NCBI GenBank assembly: GCA_041633895.1
Contig: JBFJMP010000001.1
Location: 1 to 24,908, forward strand
Reading direction: 5' to 3'
DNA from: Nitriliruptoraceae bacterium
GTDB taxonomy: Bacteria > Actinomycetota > Nitriliruptoria > Nitriliruptorales > Nitriliruptoraceae
DNA length: 24,908 nucleotides
Below the pieces are notes generated by a model. That model did not search any database. It was given only the letters and a program-made list of their open reading frames with translations, and was not told where the DNA came from. The position numbers and the translations under genes were made by a program. Positions 16,647 through 24,908 of the stretch are shown here, piece by piece (positions within the stretch are counted from its first letter, which is position 1; every line of letters begins with the position of its first letter).

Positions 16647-17819
16647 TCAGACGGTGAGCAGGAAGTCGATGTGCTCCAGGTACCAGTCCGCCACGTCCTC
16701 CATGGGGAGGCCGGCGGCGACGGCGTGGTTGCGCAGCCCCTGCGCCACGCGACGGGTGTCGTCGGACAGCAGGCGGTTGATCGCCGCTGCGAGGGACTCG
16801 GGGTCGGCTGGGTCGAACCACTCGGCGACGTAGCCCTCGGCCTCGACGAGGCGACGGAAGTCACCGATGTCCGGCATGACCAGCGCGCGGGAGTAGCTCG
16901 CAGCCTGATGGACGACGCCGGAGCTGCCGGTCGTCGCGACGTAGGGGAACACGGCGACGGTGGCGTCCCGGAAGACATCCGGGACGTCCTCCTCCGCCAC
17001 GTAGCCCGTGAACCGCACCGGATCCCCGGCGTAGGCGTCGCGGACGCGCTCCAGGTAGCCGGGTGCGTTCGGACTGTCCGTCCCCGCGACGACGACCTCG
17101 ACCGCGTGCTTCGCGGACAGGATGCGCGCGGCGTCGAGCAGGGGCTCGACCTGCTTGTACGTCCCGAACTTCCCGAAGGCCATGAGCTGCGCCGGGCCCG
17201 GAGGCACCGACGTGTCGGACTCCAGCGGCACGTCGAAGGTCCCGTGGGGGATCACCGCGACGTTGTCCGCCCCGTACTTCTCACGCAGGACGGTGACGTA
17301 CTGCGGCATGGTGACCGCGACGAGGTCCGCCTTGAGCACGAGCCAGGTCACGATCGTCCCTGCGAGCCGGATGATCCGTTCCACGAGGCGGCTGGTGCCG
17401 AAGCCCGCGCCCTCGAGGTCGATCGTCTCCATGATGTTGTGCAGGAGGACGACGCTGCGGGTGCCGGTCCCGCGGACCAGCAGGGGTGCGAGCAGTCCGA
17501 GTGCGGCGGCGACCCGGCGGTCACCGAAGGTCGCGAACTGGACGTTGAAGATGGCGACGTCCACGTCCTCGCGGACCACGGCCCGGCGGATCCGCCACGC
17601 GCTCCGCAGGGAGTTGAACCTCCAGCAGTCGACGAAGCGCGTGTGCGGCAGGTCGGGGTAGTGCTCGCCGTCCGGGAGGGTGTCGCCGAAGACGACCACC
17701 TCGTCGACCTCCTCCTTGAGGGCGAGCGAGCGGACCAGGTGCAGGCCGTACTCGTTGAGGGTCCCCGTGGACGGGGGGTGCGGCGTGATGACGCCGATGC
17801 GAAGGTTCGTGTCATGCAT
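16647..17819 (-). CDS. Glycosyltransferase family 4 (GT-B), 390 aa
   Basis: GTLNEYG..VAVIPHG..FGKFGTYK..FTGYVAEEDV..VFPY.ATTGSSGVV; overlaps the upstream GT2 stop (ATGCATGA). Confidence 0.9.
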   Translation of the reverse strand: MHDTNLRIGVITPHPPSTGTLNEYGLHLVRSLALKEEVDEVVVFGDTLPDGEHYPDLPHTRFVDCWRFNSLRSAWRIRRAVVREDVDVAIFNVQFATFGDRRVAAALGLLAPLLVRGTGTRSVVLLHNIMETIDLEGAGFGTSRLVERIIRLAGTIVTWLVLKADLVAVTMPQYVTVLREKYGADNVAVIPHGTFDVPLESDTSVPPGPAQLMAFGKFGTYKQVEPLLDAARILSAKHAVEVVVAGTDSPNAPGYLERVRDAYAGDPVRFTGYVAEEDVPDVFRDATVAVFPYVATTGSSGVVHQAASYSRALVMPDIGDFRRLVEAEGYVAEWFDPADPESLAAAINRLLSDDTRRVAQGLRNHAVAAGLPMEDVADWYLEHIDFLLTV

Positions 17820-18591
17820 GTGCGTACACCCCTTGGGCGTCGTTGCGGCGGATGACGCGGAGGTCGCGCAGGAAGCGCACCACCTCGCGTGAGGTGTCCA
17901 CCTTCGACCCGGGTGCGTCGATCCATTCGACCGGCACCTCGGCGACCTCCATGCCCAGGCGGGCCGCGAGGTAGAGCACCTCGAGGTCGAAGGAGAAGCC
18001 CTCGATCGTCTGGGCGGCGAACAGCCGCTGGGCGGCCGCTCGGGTGAACAGCTTGAAGCCGCACTGCGTGTCGGACAGGTCCAGACGCATGGCGCGCCGG
18101 ATCAGGGCACGGCTGGTGGCGCTGACGAGGCGTCGCGCGGCCGAGCGGTTGGCCTCGGTGGCGCCGTCGGCGGCGCGCGAGCCCACCGCGACGTCGAAGC
18201 CCTCGTCGAGGGCTGCCATCAGTCGGTCGAGTTCCTCGATGGGTGTCGACTGGTCGGCGTCGGCGAACAGGACGCGGTCGCCCCGTGCGGCGAGCATGCC
18301 ACGGCGGACGGCGTCGCCCTTGCCCGTGTTCGCCTCGGCGGACAGCACGCGGACGTTCGCCAGGCCCAACCGGTGGACGCGGTCGACGGTGTCGTCAGAC
18401 GATCCGTCGTCGGAGACGAGCAACTCCCACGGTCGGCCGTCACAGACATGGGCCGCGATGGCTCCGATCGTCGGGACGATCCGATCGCGCTCGTTGTACG
18501 CGGGGACGACCACCGACAGGACGGGATGGTCGACGGGTTCGCGTTGCCAACGCTCGAAGGCGTCGAGGACACCTGGCGTGTCGCTGTACAT
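17812..18591 (-). CDS. Glycosyltransferase family 2, polyprenyl/dolichyl-phosphate hexosyltransferase-like, 259 aa
   Basis: SVVVPAYNE..VSDDGSSD..NTGKGDAVRRG..FADAD..VGSR..DTQCGFKLF..FSFDLE..EVPVEW. Confidence 0.9.
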   Translation of the reverse strand: MYSDTPGVLDAFERWQREPVDHPVLSVVVPAYNERDRIVPTIGAIAAHVCDGRPWELLVSDDGSSDDTVDRVHRLGLANVRVLSAEANTGKGDAVRRGMLAARGDRVLFADADQSTPIEELDRLMAALDEGFDVAVGSRAADGATEANRSAARRLVSATSRALIRRAMRLDLSDTQCGFKLFTRAAAQRLFAAQTIEGFSFDLEVLYLAARLGMEVAEVPVEWIDAPGSKVDTSREVVRFLRDLRVIRRNDAQGVYAHA

Positions 18592-18606
18592 GAGGTTGCC
18601 TCTGGG

Positions 18607-19902
18607 TCAGGCCGTCGCTGAGGCGACGGTTCGGGTGGGACGGGTTGCCGGACGGGGTGCCGGTGTGGAGCGGGGACGGAACGCCCGGACCGCGATCAGG
18701 AGCACGGCCATGACGGCCACCTGGACATCGACGACGCGAGCCAGGTCGGCGCGCACGGCGATCACGGCCGCCAACTGGAGGCCGGCGCCCCCGAGCAGCA
18801 ACCAGGTCGCTCGGTACTCGCCGCGGGCCAACTGGTGGTTGGCCACGACGATGACGAGGGAGAACAGGACGGTGGCCATCGTGTAGCGCCACAGCAGGGG
18901 TTCGACGGCGGCGTACGCGTCGCCGAACAGGACCCCGACGACGAGGGACGGCGCGATGGCGGTGACCGCGACCGCGACGGCTCCGATCGCCGCGGTCGCA
19001 GCCAGCGCACGACGTACGACCGCGTTCTCGCGGCCGCCCTCGTGGAACTCGCGGGCAGCAAGGGGGAAGGCGACCTCGACGAGCGACCAGGTCACGTAGA
19101 AGACCGCGCGACCCACCAGGGCCAGCGCCGCGTACTGACCGGCAACCGCCGGGGAGACGGACGCCTTGACGACGAGCACGTCGCTGTTGGCGACCACGAT
19201 CTGGCCGAGGAGCAGGACGAGCGACGGTCCCAGCATGCGCTGCGCTGCCCGTCGGATGGACTGGTCGGTCACGGCCTGGACGACGGGGATCGAACGGTCG
19301 CGGGCGACGAGTCCGGCCGCGACGAAGCTGAGGGAGATCGCCGCGACGGCGCCCAGGACGCCCGCACCGAGGGCGACGAGGACGACGCCGACCACGAGAC
19401 GCACCCCCATCTCGACCACGTTCACGATCGCGAGGCGCCGGAAGCCGGCGCGTCCCTGGAGGAAGCCACGGTCGGCACCCAGCACGACGAAGAACGGCAA
19501 GCCGACGCCGAAGACGACGTAGGGCAGCGTCGAAGGGCTGTTGAACACGACCTGCCACACCGGGGCGCCGGCGGCGAGGACCACGCCCGCGACTGCCCCG
19601 GCCACCGCTGCCCGCCGACGCAACCATCCGTGGAGGTCGCGGGCGGCGTCGACGCCACGAGTGACGTCGAGCTCGGCGGTCGCCCTGGCGGCCACCAACT
19701 GCACCGTGTGCGTGACGACCGTCAGCATGAGCAACAGCGTCACGACGAGGTTCAGTTCGGCGAAGGACGACGGCCCCAGCATCCGGCTGAGGACGACGTT
19801 GAAGAGGTAGTTCCCGGCGTGGACCAGCACGGCCGTGACCAGGAACGCGGCCTCGCCGCCAGCACGCACGCCCGTGGGGCGTGCCTCGATCGCGGTGGTC
19901 AC
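18607..19902 (-). CDS. Wzx/MATE-like oligosaccharide flippase, 431 aa
   Basis: About 12 hydrophobic helices; GNYLFNVVLSRMLGP..F; RGFLQG..F; SDVLVVK..AGQYAA..VGR. GTG start overlaps the STAS stop (GTGA). Confidence 0.87.
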   Translation of the reverse strand: MTTAIEARPTGVRAGGEAAFLVTAVLVHAGNYLFNVVLSRMLGPSSFAELNLVVTLLLMLTVVTHTVQLVAARATAELDVTRGVDAARDLHGWLRRRAAVAGAVAGVVLAAGAPVWQVVFNSPSTLPYVVFGVGLPFFVVLGADRGFLQGRAGFRRLAIVNVVEMGVRLVVGVVLVALGAGVLGAVAAISLSFVAAGLVARDRSIPVVQAVTDQSIRRAAQRMLGPSLVLLLGQIVVANSDVLVVKASVSPAVAGQYAALALVGRAVFYVTWSLVEVAFPLAAREFHEGGRENAVVRRALAATAAIGAVAVAVTAIAPSLVVGVLFGDAYAAVEPLLWRYTMATVLFSLVIVVANHQLARGEYRATWLLLGGAGLQLAAVIAVRADLARVVDVQVAVMAVLLIAVRAFRPRSTPAPRPATRPTRTVASATA

Positions 19903-20216
19903 GCCAGCTCCGGCGCAGCCAGGTCGAACAGCTGGGCGAAGCGCGTGACCGCCAGCGTGTGGCGGACGCTCGGGGCGAGGGCCCCACAGATCGTGACCTC
20001 GACGCCGAGGGCGCGCAGGCGGCGGCGGGCGCCGACGATGCTGGACAGGCCAGCCGCGTCCATCTCGGTGACGGCCGACAGGTCGACGATCACACGCTCG
20101 GCGTGGATGCCGGCATCGAGGACGTGACCTCGGATCGTCGGGGCCGTCAGGGCGTCGAGACGACCCTCCGGGCGCAGGCGAAGGACGCGGATGCGCGTGA
20201 CGGTCGCGGCGCTCAT
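19899..20216 (-). CDS. STAS-domain protein (anti-anti-sigma fold) lacking the phospho-Ser, 105 aa
   Basis: GRLDA..VIVDLSAVTEMDAAGL; ATGA coupling to the upstream STAS gene. Confidence 0.85.
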   Translation of the reverse strand: MSAATVTRIRVLRLRPEGRLDALTAPTIRGHVLDAGIHAERVIVDLSAVTEMDAAGLSSIVGARRRLRALGVEVTICGALAPSVRHTLAVTRFAQLFDLAAPELA

Positions 20217-20557
20217 GCGGCCACCGCCACGCCCACGGAGGCGGGCGCCATCGGCGCGAAGTCCGTGACCATCCCGGCGCGGTGCGCCAGGTCCATGATG
20301 ATCGTCGCGGCACGGCTGGCCCGCGTGATCCGAAGGCTGCCACCGGACTCCGTCATGCGACGGCCGCGTTCGGCGAGCAGGCCGAGGGCGGCCCCGTCGA
20401 GGAAGCGGACATCGGCGAGGTCGAGCTCGACGTCGGTGCCGGTCGCGGCCAGGCCGTCGAAGGCCCCGGCCGCGTCAGCGATCTCGTGGGCGTCGAAGCG
20501 ACCGGCCAGTGCCAGTCGGCGACCGGTGCGGTTGATGGTGAGGTTTCGGCGGCGCAT
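20213..20557 (-). CDS. STAS-domain protein lacking the phospho-Ser, 114 aa
   Basis: LAGRFDA..VELDLADVRFLDGAALGLL..GGSLRI; AGGA upstream of the ATG. Confidence 0.85.
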   Translation of the reverse strand: MRRRNLTINRTGRRLALAGRFDAHEIADAAGAFDGLAATGTDVELDLADVRFLDGAALGLLAERGRRMTESGGSLRITRASRAATIIMDLAHRAGMVTDFAPMAPASVGVAVAA

Positions 20558-20625
20558 GTTCGTGGTCCTGTTGAGGTGACAGGTAGGACGCTACGAACCG
20601 GACCTTGCGGCCCCCTCGGGGCAGT

Positions 20626-20663
20626 CTCAAGGTCCTCTGACCGAACCTCAACGACGCCTCAAG
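20626..20663 (-). promoter_or_regulatory. Direct-repeat box D: CTCAAG/CTGACC/CTCAAC/CTCAAG (plus-strand reading), upstream of the STAS-flippase-GT operon
   Basis: Half-sites at 20626, 20637, 20647 and 20658 (spacings 11, 10, 11); minus-strand -10-like TAGCGT at 20593-20588, 32 nt from the 20626 half-site; partly overlaps the GH stop at 20648. Confidence 0.65.
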
Positions 20664-22312
20664 AACGACGTGCGCATGCGCCTCGGGATCGCGACCGACG
20701 CAACCGACACGACCACCAGCACGCCGAGGAGGAGGCGCCAGAACGGCTTCGCGAGGCGCAGGTCGACCGCGCCGGGCCGGGCGACTGCGGCCAGGTCCGC
20801 GTCCTCACCGACCACGGCGGCGGCAGGCTTCAAGGTGCCGTCCGCGCGGATCAGGCCCAGCGACGTCTCGGCGCCGACACGCCACGGGGACGACCCGGCG
20901 TCCGGCGGCGGCGTCGCGAGGTCGTGCAGGGTCCAGACCAGCGTTCCGGCGATACCCACCTCGTCGGCGACGGTGCGGATGTCCGCGATGTAGGCCGCCT
21001 GCTCGGCGTCGCCGTGACCGCCGGGCAGGAGGGTGTTCCACGTCGGCAGGCCGTACTCGCCCAGCACCACGGGGCGCGGACCGGCCGAGGCGATCACGGC
21101 GCTGGCTGCCTCGCGCAGCTCCGCGGGCGTGCCGTAGTGGTGGAAGGTGACGACCTCGACCACGTCGAGCAGGTCGGTCGCGCTGGAGGCAGAAGCCCAA
21201 CCGATGGTGCGGGGCGTCTCCGCGTCGAGCGACCGGACGGTGCTGCCCACGTGGCGCAGCCACGCGCGGACGGCCGCGGCGCCCTCGACCTCGTCGTCAC
21301 GGTCCGCTTCGTTCTTCAGGTCCCACGCAACGAGGGCGGGATGGCCGGCAAGGGTCGGCACGACCACGGCGAGGTGGCGGTCGGCATCGGGCCACGACTC
21401 GACCGCACGGTTCGTCCACCCGTCGAAGAGGGTGGGGACCACGCCGATGCCGCGCGCCTCGGCCAGGTCGAGGTAGGACACGACGTGGTCCAGCAGCACA
21501 GGGTCCGGGGCCGGGCCACCGAGTTCGAGATACGGCAGGAACACGCGCACCGTGTCCATGCCGAGGTCGCGCACGGCGTCGAGGTCGGCGGCCGCGACCG
21601 CGGGGTCGAACGCCATCCAGGTGTCGCCCCACGGCGTCGCCTGCGGGAGGTGGTTCACGCCCGTCCACGACGCGTCGGCGGGCGCGTACGCCGACGCGTC
21701 GCCCACCAGCGTGTCGGGCAGGACGTCCTCGCGGATGAGCTGTTCCACGCGCCACCGCCCGTCGCGCAGGAGCAGGACCGCGCCCCACGACTCGACGGTC
21801 TCGATGTGGACGGCGCCCCCGGCGCCCTCAGCCACCCGCACGAGCCGGAGACCGTGGTCGCGAAGCTCGATGATCGAGCCGTCGTCCGAGTAGAACTCGA
21901 TCTGCAGGTCATGGGCCACCGGGACCTGGCGAACGACGCCGGACGTCTCCCCCAGCACGTCCTCGACCTGCGTCAGGGCTGCCCCGCTCCACGACGTGAC
22001 GAGGTCCGTCGGGTCGTCCGAGCGCAGCGCGGTGTCGAGCCGGGCGAAGGCACCGACCCATGCCGCCTCGACGGCGACGCGGGTGGCCGGTTCGACGTCT
22101 CGCGGGCTCGGGACGTCGGGGCGCCAGTCGACGACGGGGTCGATTCCGACCGGGACGTCGGGCACCTCGTTGAAGGCGTCGGCCGGCGAGGCCCCGGTCA
22201 GGAACGCGCGATGCAGGCCGGTCGCCCACACGATGGCGCCGGCGAGGCCGAGGACCGCGATCCCGAGCAGGATGCTGGCGAGGAGGAGCTTGACGCGGTT
22301 GCGGTCCGTCAT
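20648..22312 (-). CDS. Membrane-anchored clan GH-A glycoside hydrolase (GH5/GH2-like, beta-mannanase/cellulase type), 554 aa
   Basis: GVNHLP..W..DL..MDTVRVFL..VPTLFD..AWDLKNE (acid/base)..TFHHY..VLGEYG (nucleophile)..WTLHD; hydrophobic helices at both termini; ATGA overlap with the upstream gene. Confidence 0.85.
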   Translation of the reverse strand: MTDRNRVKLLLASILLGIAVLGLAGAIVWATGLHRAFLTGASPADAFNEVPDVPVGIDPVVDWRPDVPSPRDVEPATRVAVEAAWVGAFARLDTALRSDDPTDLVTSWSGAALTQVEDVLGETSGVVRQVPVAHDLQIEFYSDDGSIIELRDHGLRLVRVAEGAGGAVHIETVESWGAVLLLRDGRWRVEQLIREDVLPDTLVGDASAYAPADASWTGVNHLPQATPWGDTWMAFDPAVAAADLDAVRDLGMDTVRVFLPYLELGGPAPDPVLLDHVVSYLDLAEARGIGVVPTLFDGWTNRAVESWPDADRHLAVVVPTLAGHPALVAWDLKNEADRDDEVEGAAAVRAWLRHVGSTVRSLDAETPRTIGWASASSATDLLDVVEVVTFHHYGTPAELREAASAVIASAGPRPVVLGEYGLPTWNTLLPGGHGDAEQAAYIADIRTVADEVGIAGTLVWTLHDLATPPPDAGSSPWRVGAETSLGLIRADGTLKPAAAVVGEDADLAAVARPGAVDLRLAKPFWRLLLGVLVVVSVASVAIPRRMRTSFLRRR

Positions 22313-23535
22313 GGCGTCACCTCCACCGAGCGCCCGCCGACCTCGACCCGAACGCGACCGACCGGTGCCGGGAGGTCGAAGCGGGCGCTGCCGTCGACGA
22401 GCCGTGCGATCCGCGTCAGGGAACCAGCGGACACGACCACGGCCGTCCCGTTGGGAACGTGGCTCCCCTGGGGGTCGAGGACCGGGCCTACGTCCAGCAG
22501 CAGGCGACCGTCGACCACGCGGGCGGTGACCGGGATGGAGGCAACTGCAGACGCGAAGGCGAGCGACGCCGGGTCCGAGGTCACACCGAGCACATGGGCC
22601 CGGACCTCGAGCGCGCCCGGTCGGCCGGGTGCGCGGACCTGCGCGGAGGCGATCCCGGCCACCGTGACCGCCTGGACCTGGCCGAAGCCCTCTGGACCGT
22701 CCACCTCGAAGACGACGGCGGTGCCGTCGGTGAGCAGGTTGCCGAACGCGTCGCGGAGGACCGTGGTCGAGACCGCGACCGTCGTCCGACCGTCCGCGGG
22801 GGCATCGGCGGCGTCGACGACCAGTGCGAACGGGACGGGGCGGCCGGCCACCTCGAGGACGTCGGCAACCGGGCCGGACGTCCCCGCGGTCAGCGCCCGC
22901 AGTTGCGTGCGACCCGCGCGGGTGCCCGACGTGATCCGCACCCACCCGAGGAGGCCGTCGGTACGTACTGCCTCGGTCAGGCGCTCACCGTCCACGCGAT
23001 CGGCGGTCACGGTCACGAGGGTGTCCTCCGCGACGGGGTTTCCGTGGTCGTCGACGGGGATGACCGTGACCATGGTGTGGTCCTCGCCCCCGGTCACGAT
23101 CGAGCGCGGCCCGACGTAGGGCGTCAGGGTCCGCACGGCGGTCCCGGGGGCGATGTCGACCCGACCGATCAGGCGACCGTCGACGTGCACGGTCACCACC
23201 CCGCGCACGCGGGCCATGGGCGCGGGCACGACCACCTCGGCCATGCCGGCGACGCCGACAACCGTGGCCGCATGGGCGCCCGCGGTGCCCGACAGCACGA
23301 TCCCGACGGCGCGGTCCGGCAACCCCTGCAGGGCCAGCGTGACCGGATCACCGGCGACGACGACCTCCGGGGCCGTCATGACCACGGACGTCGACGGCTC
23401 GGTCATGGCCTCAGCGGACACGTCACCGGGGGCCGCAAGCCGGAGCAGGGCGCTCGCCAGGGCCAGCACGAGGACGGCGGTTGCCGCCCCTGCCAGTCGG
23501 CCGGGGGACACATGGGCTGCGGGAGTACGTCGCAT
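22309..23535 (-). CDS. Exported protein with tandem Ig-like (Big_1/invasin-type) domains, 408 aa
   Basis: N-terminal hydrophobic signal; beta-rich repeats with VIPVDDHGNPVAEDTLVTVT, LRDAFGNLLTDGTAVVF and LDPQGSHVPNGTAV. Start is ATG 23535 or GTG 23538. Confidence 0.72.
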   Translation of the reverse strand: MRRTPAAHVSPGRLAGAATAVLVLALASALLRLAAPGDVSAEAMTEPSTSVVMTAPEVVVAGDPVTLALQGLPDRAVGIVLSGTAGAHAATVVGVAGMAEVVVPAPMARVRGVVTVHVDGRLIGRVDIAPGTAVRTLTPYVGPRSIVTGGEDHTMVTVIPVDDHGNPVAEDTLVTVTADRVDGERLTEAVRTDGLLGWVRITSGTRAGRTQLRALTAGTSGPVADVLEVAGRPVPFALVVDAADAPADGRTTVAVSTTVLRDAFGNLLTDGTAVVFEVDGPEGFGQVQAVTVAGIASAQVRAPGRPGALEVRAHVLGVTSDPASLAFASAVASIPVTARVVDGRLLLDVGPVLDPQGSHVPNGTAVVVSAGSLTRIARLVDGSARFDLPAPVGRVRVEVGGRSVEVTP

Positions 23536-24908
23536 CACGTGTCCTCCCGGCTGAACGTGTCGAGGTCGATCCGGACGGCAGCCACGGTGCCGGGCCCCTC
23601 GACCGGCACCACGACGGCGTTCGCCGCGAGGTCGCGTGTCGCCGCGACGCCGTTGCCGAAGGCACGACCGGTGTCGTCGAGGACGAGGACGTCCGCCAGG
23701 TCCAGCGCCACCTCGAACGCCGCTTCGGCCTGTGGCCGTATCGCGTCGGGGAGCCACTGGTGGTCGACCCACACGACCTCGCCTGCGGCGTCGAGTGCGG
23801 TCACGATGACGTGCGGCACGGTCGCCTCCGCCACGCCGTCGTTGCGGACCCTGCCCGACACGCGCACCGTCTCGCCGTCGCGCTCGACCTGGACGGCAGC
23901 CGCGGAGAGGGGGCGGTCGAGGTTGCGGGGCGTCACCAGGGCCTTCACGTACAGGTCGAACGTGGTGACCTCGGCCTCGTCGGGGAGGACCGGCGGGACG
24001 TACTCGTCCGGGTCGAACCCGCCGGCGGCCAACTGCGCCGCGGCCGTCGCCCCCGCGACGCCCTCGAACTCGATGCGGAACGGCGTGGTCTCGCCGGGGC
24101 GCAATGTGTGGAGGGTGATGTGCTGGGCGTTGTAGCTGGCCCAGGTCCGACCGTCGGGGCCACGCAACTGGCCGGTGATCGTCAGGTCCGCGGGGTCCAC
24201 GTCCACGTTGGCGACCTCGCCGACGATCACGTGGCGCCCGTCGACGACCACGAGGCGTGCGGATCGAACGAGGAGTTCGGGGCGGTCCAGCACGTCGCCG
24301 AACGCCGTACGACCGGTCGTCACCTGACGTCGCTCCGCGGCGAGGTAGTCGACCGCCACGCGCCGCCCCAACGTCTCGAGGGGCACGGTGGGATCACGGT
24401 CGACCGGGACGATCCGCCACACGCCCTCGCGCCGGACGAGCTCGTGGTGGTCCTCGACCTCGTAGGCCGTCAGCGATGTCACGTACGCCGCCGTGACGTC
24501 GACCGACGCCCGGTCGCCGTCCACGTCGACGTCGCGCGCCGTCAGCCCGTCGAGCTCGGCGTACGACGATCGCAGCCCACCGCCGTCCACGGACAGGCCG
24601 AGCACGAAGTCCTCCAGCGTCGGCCGCTTGTCGGGGTCGAGGAGGGCATGCGCGGCCTCGTGGTCGCGCAGGTCCATGGCGTCGTACCAGGCGATCAGCA
24701 CGTCGAACGGCTCGTCGGGAGCACGAACCGACCGACCGGTGAGCACCAGTGGCACGGCAACGATCCCGAGCGCCACAGCGGCCTGGACACGACGACGGGA
24801 CAGCGAGACGGGGCGTCGGAGTCTCGCTGCCAGTCGTTCGACCGCGGGCCGCCATGCCTGCCAGCGGGTCGGTCGGCCACCCGGACGGATGCGTGCCGCC
24901 TGCCTGCC
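23535..24908 (-). CDS. 5'-partial membrane-anchored exported protein with an NTF2-like region and two FxLYD-like Ig domains
   Basis: I translated 24777-24908 and found no stop, so the frame is open to the window edge. Basic stretch then TM (VALGIVAVPLVL); YDAMD..AAHALLDP; IVGEVANV..ITGQL and VSGRVRNDG..VIVTALDAAGEVV. Confidence 0.65.
   Translation of the reverse strand, partial: GRQAARIRPGGRPTRWQAWRPAVERLAARLRRPVSLSRRRVQAAVALGIVAVPLVLTGRSVRAPDEPFDVLIAWYDAMDLRDHEAAHALLDPDKRPTLEDFVLGLSVDGGGLRSSYAELDGLTARDVDVDGDRASVDVTAAYVTSLTAYEVEDHHELVRREGVWRIVPVDRDPTVPLETLGRRVAVDYLAAERRQVTTGRTAFGDVLDRPELLVRSARLVVVDGRHVIVGEVANVDVDPADLTITGQLRGPDGRTWASYNAQHITLHTLRPGETTPFRIEFEGVAGATAAAQLAAGGFDPDEYVPPVLPDEAEVTTFDLYVKALVTPRNLDRPLSAAAVQVERDGETVRVSGRVRNDGVAEATVPHVIVTALDAAGEVVWVDHQWLPDAIRPQAEAAFEVALDLADVLVLDDTGRAFGNGVAATRDLAANAVVVPVEGPGTVAAVRIDLDTFSREDT

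Noticed and set aside
4222-17720. Isolated CTTGAG hexamers (e.g. 4222, 13595, 17331) as extra operator sites
   Set aside because: They are single, lie inside minus-strand genes and correspond to CTC-AAG (Leu-Lys) codons.
19899-20557. Classical anti-anti-sigma partner-switching module
   Set aside because: Both proteins lack the phospho-Ser, and no kinase, phosphatase or sigma gene is in the window.
3271-23119. Long alternative ORFs (3271..6102, 7620..10199, the 5' part of 10974..13448, 13508..15685, 20282..23119 and many Arg/Pro/Gly-rich ORFs)
   Set aside because: These are antisense or frame-shifted shadows of well-supported genes, expected in high-GC DNA, with no recognisable motifs.
1-24908. 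CRISPR array, tRNA/rRNA, IS element or prophage
   Set aside because: No regularly spaced long repeats, RNA-gene signatures, transposase/integrase motifs or obvious compositional break were seen.

Overview
Very GC-rich DNA that looks actinobacterial (PafBC-type WYL protein, MMPL transporter, LPxTG anchor, lipoproteins). All calls come from recalled motifs; no searches were run. From left to right: (1) a 5'-partial, apparently chimeric macro-domain ORF and a single-chain PafB-PafC fusion outside the usual pafA/tatAC context; (2) two convergent lipoproteins with a shared hairpin, an MMPL transporter and a divergent LPSTG-anchored alpha/beta hydrolase; (3) a ~9 kb phosphorelay cluster with a stand-alone receiver, a membrane hybrid kinase-Hpt preceded by a cysteine-less sulfite-oxidase-fold lipoprotein (PruR-like), an atypical REC-PAS kinase, an OmpR regulator and a soluble multi-PAS hybrid kinase-Hpt; (4) a minus-strand surface-glycan locus with a cupin/PMI-like protein, GT4, GT2, flippase, two Ser-less STAS proteins, a clan-A glycoside hydrolase and Ig-like exported proteins, running off the right edge. 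An 11-bp-periodic CTCAAG direct repeat occurs at four promoter positions and links blocks 3 and 4. The best candidate for an undescribed system is a PruR/DcpA-like small-molecule (pterin-type) sensing module rewired to a phosphorelay controlling polysaccharide synthesis in a Gram-positive. No rRNA, tRNA, CRISPR or mobile element was seen.
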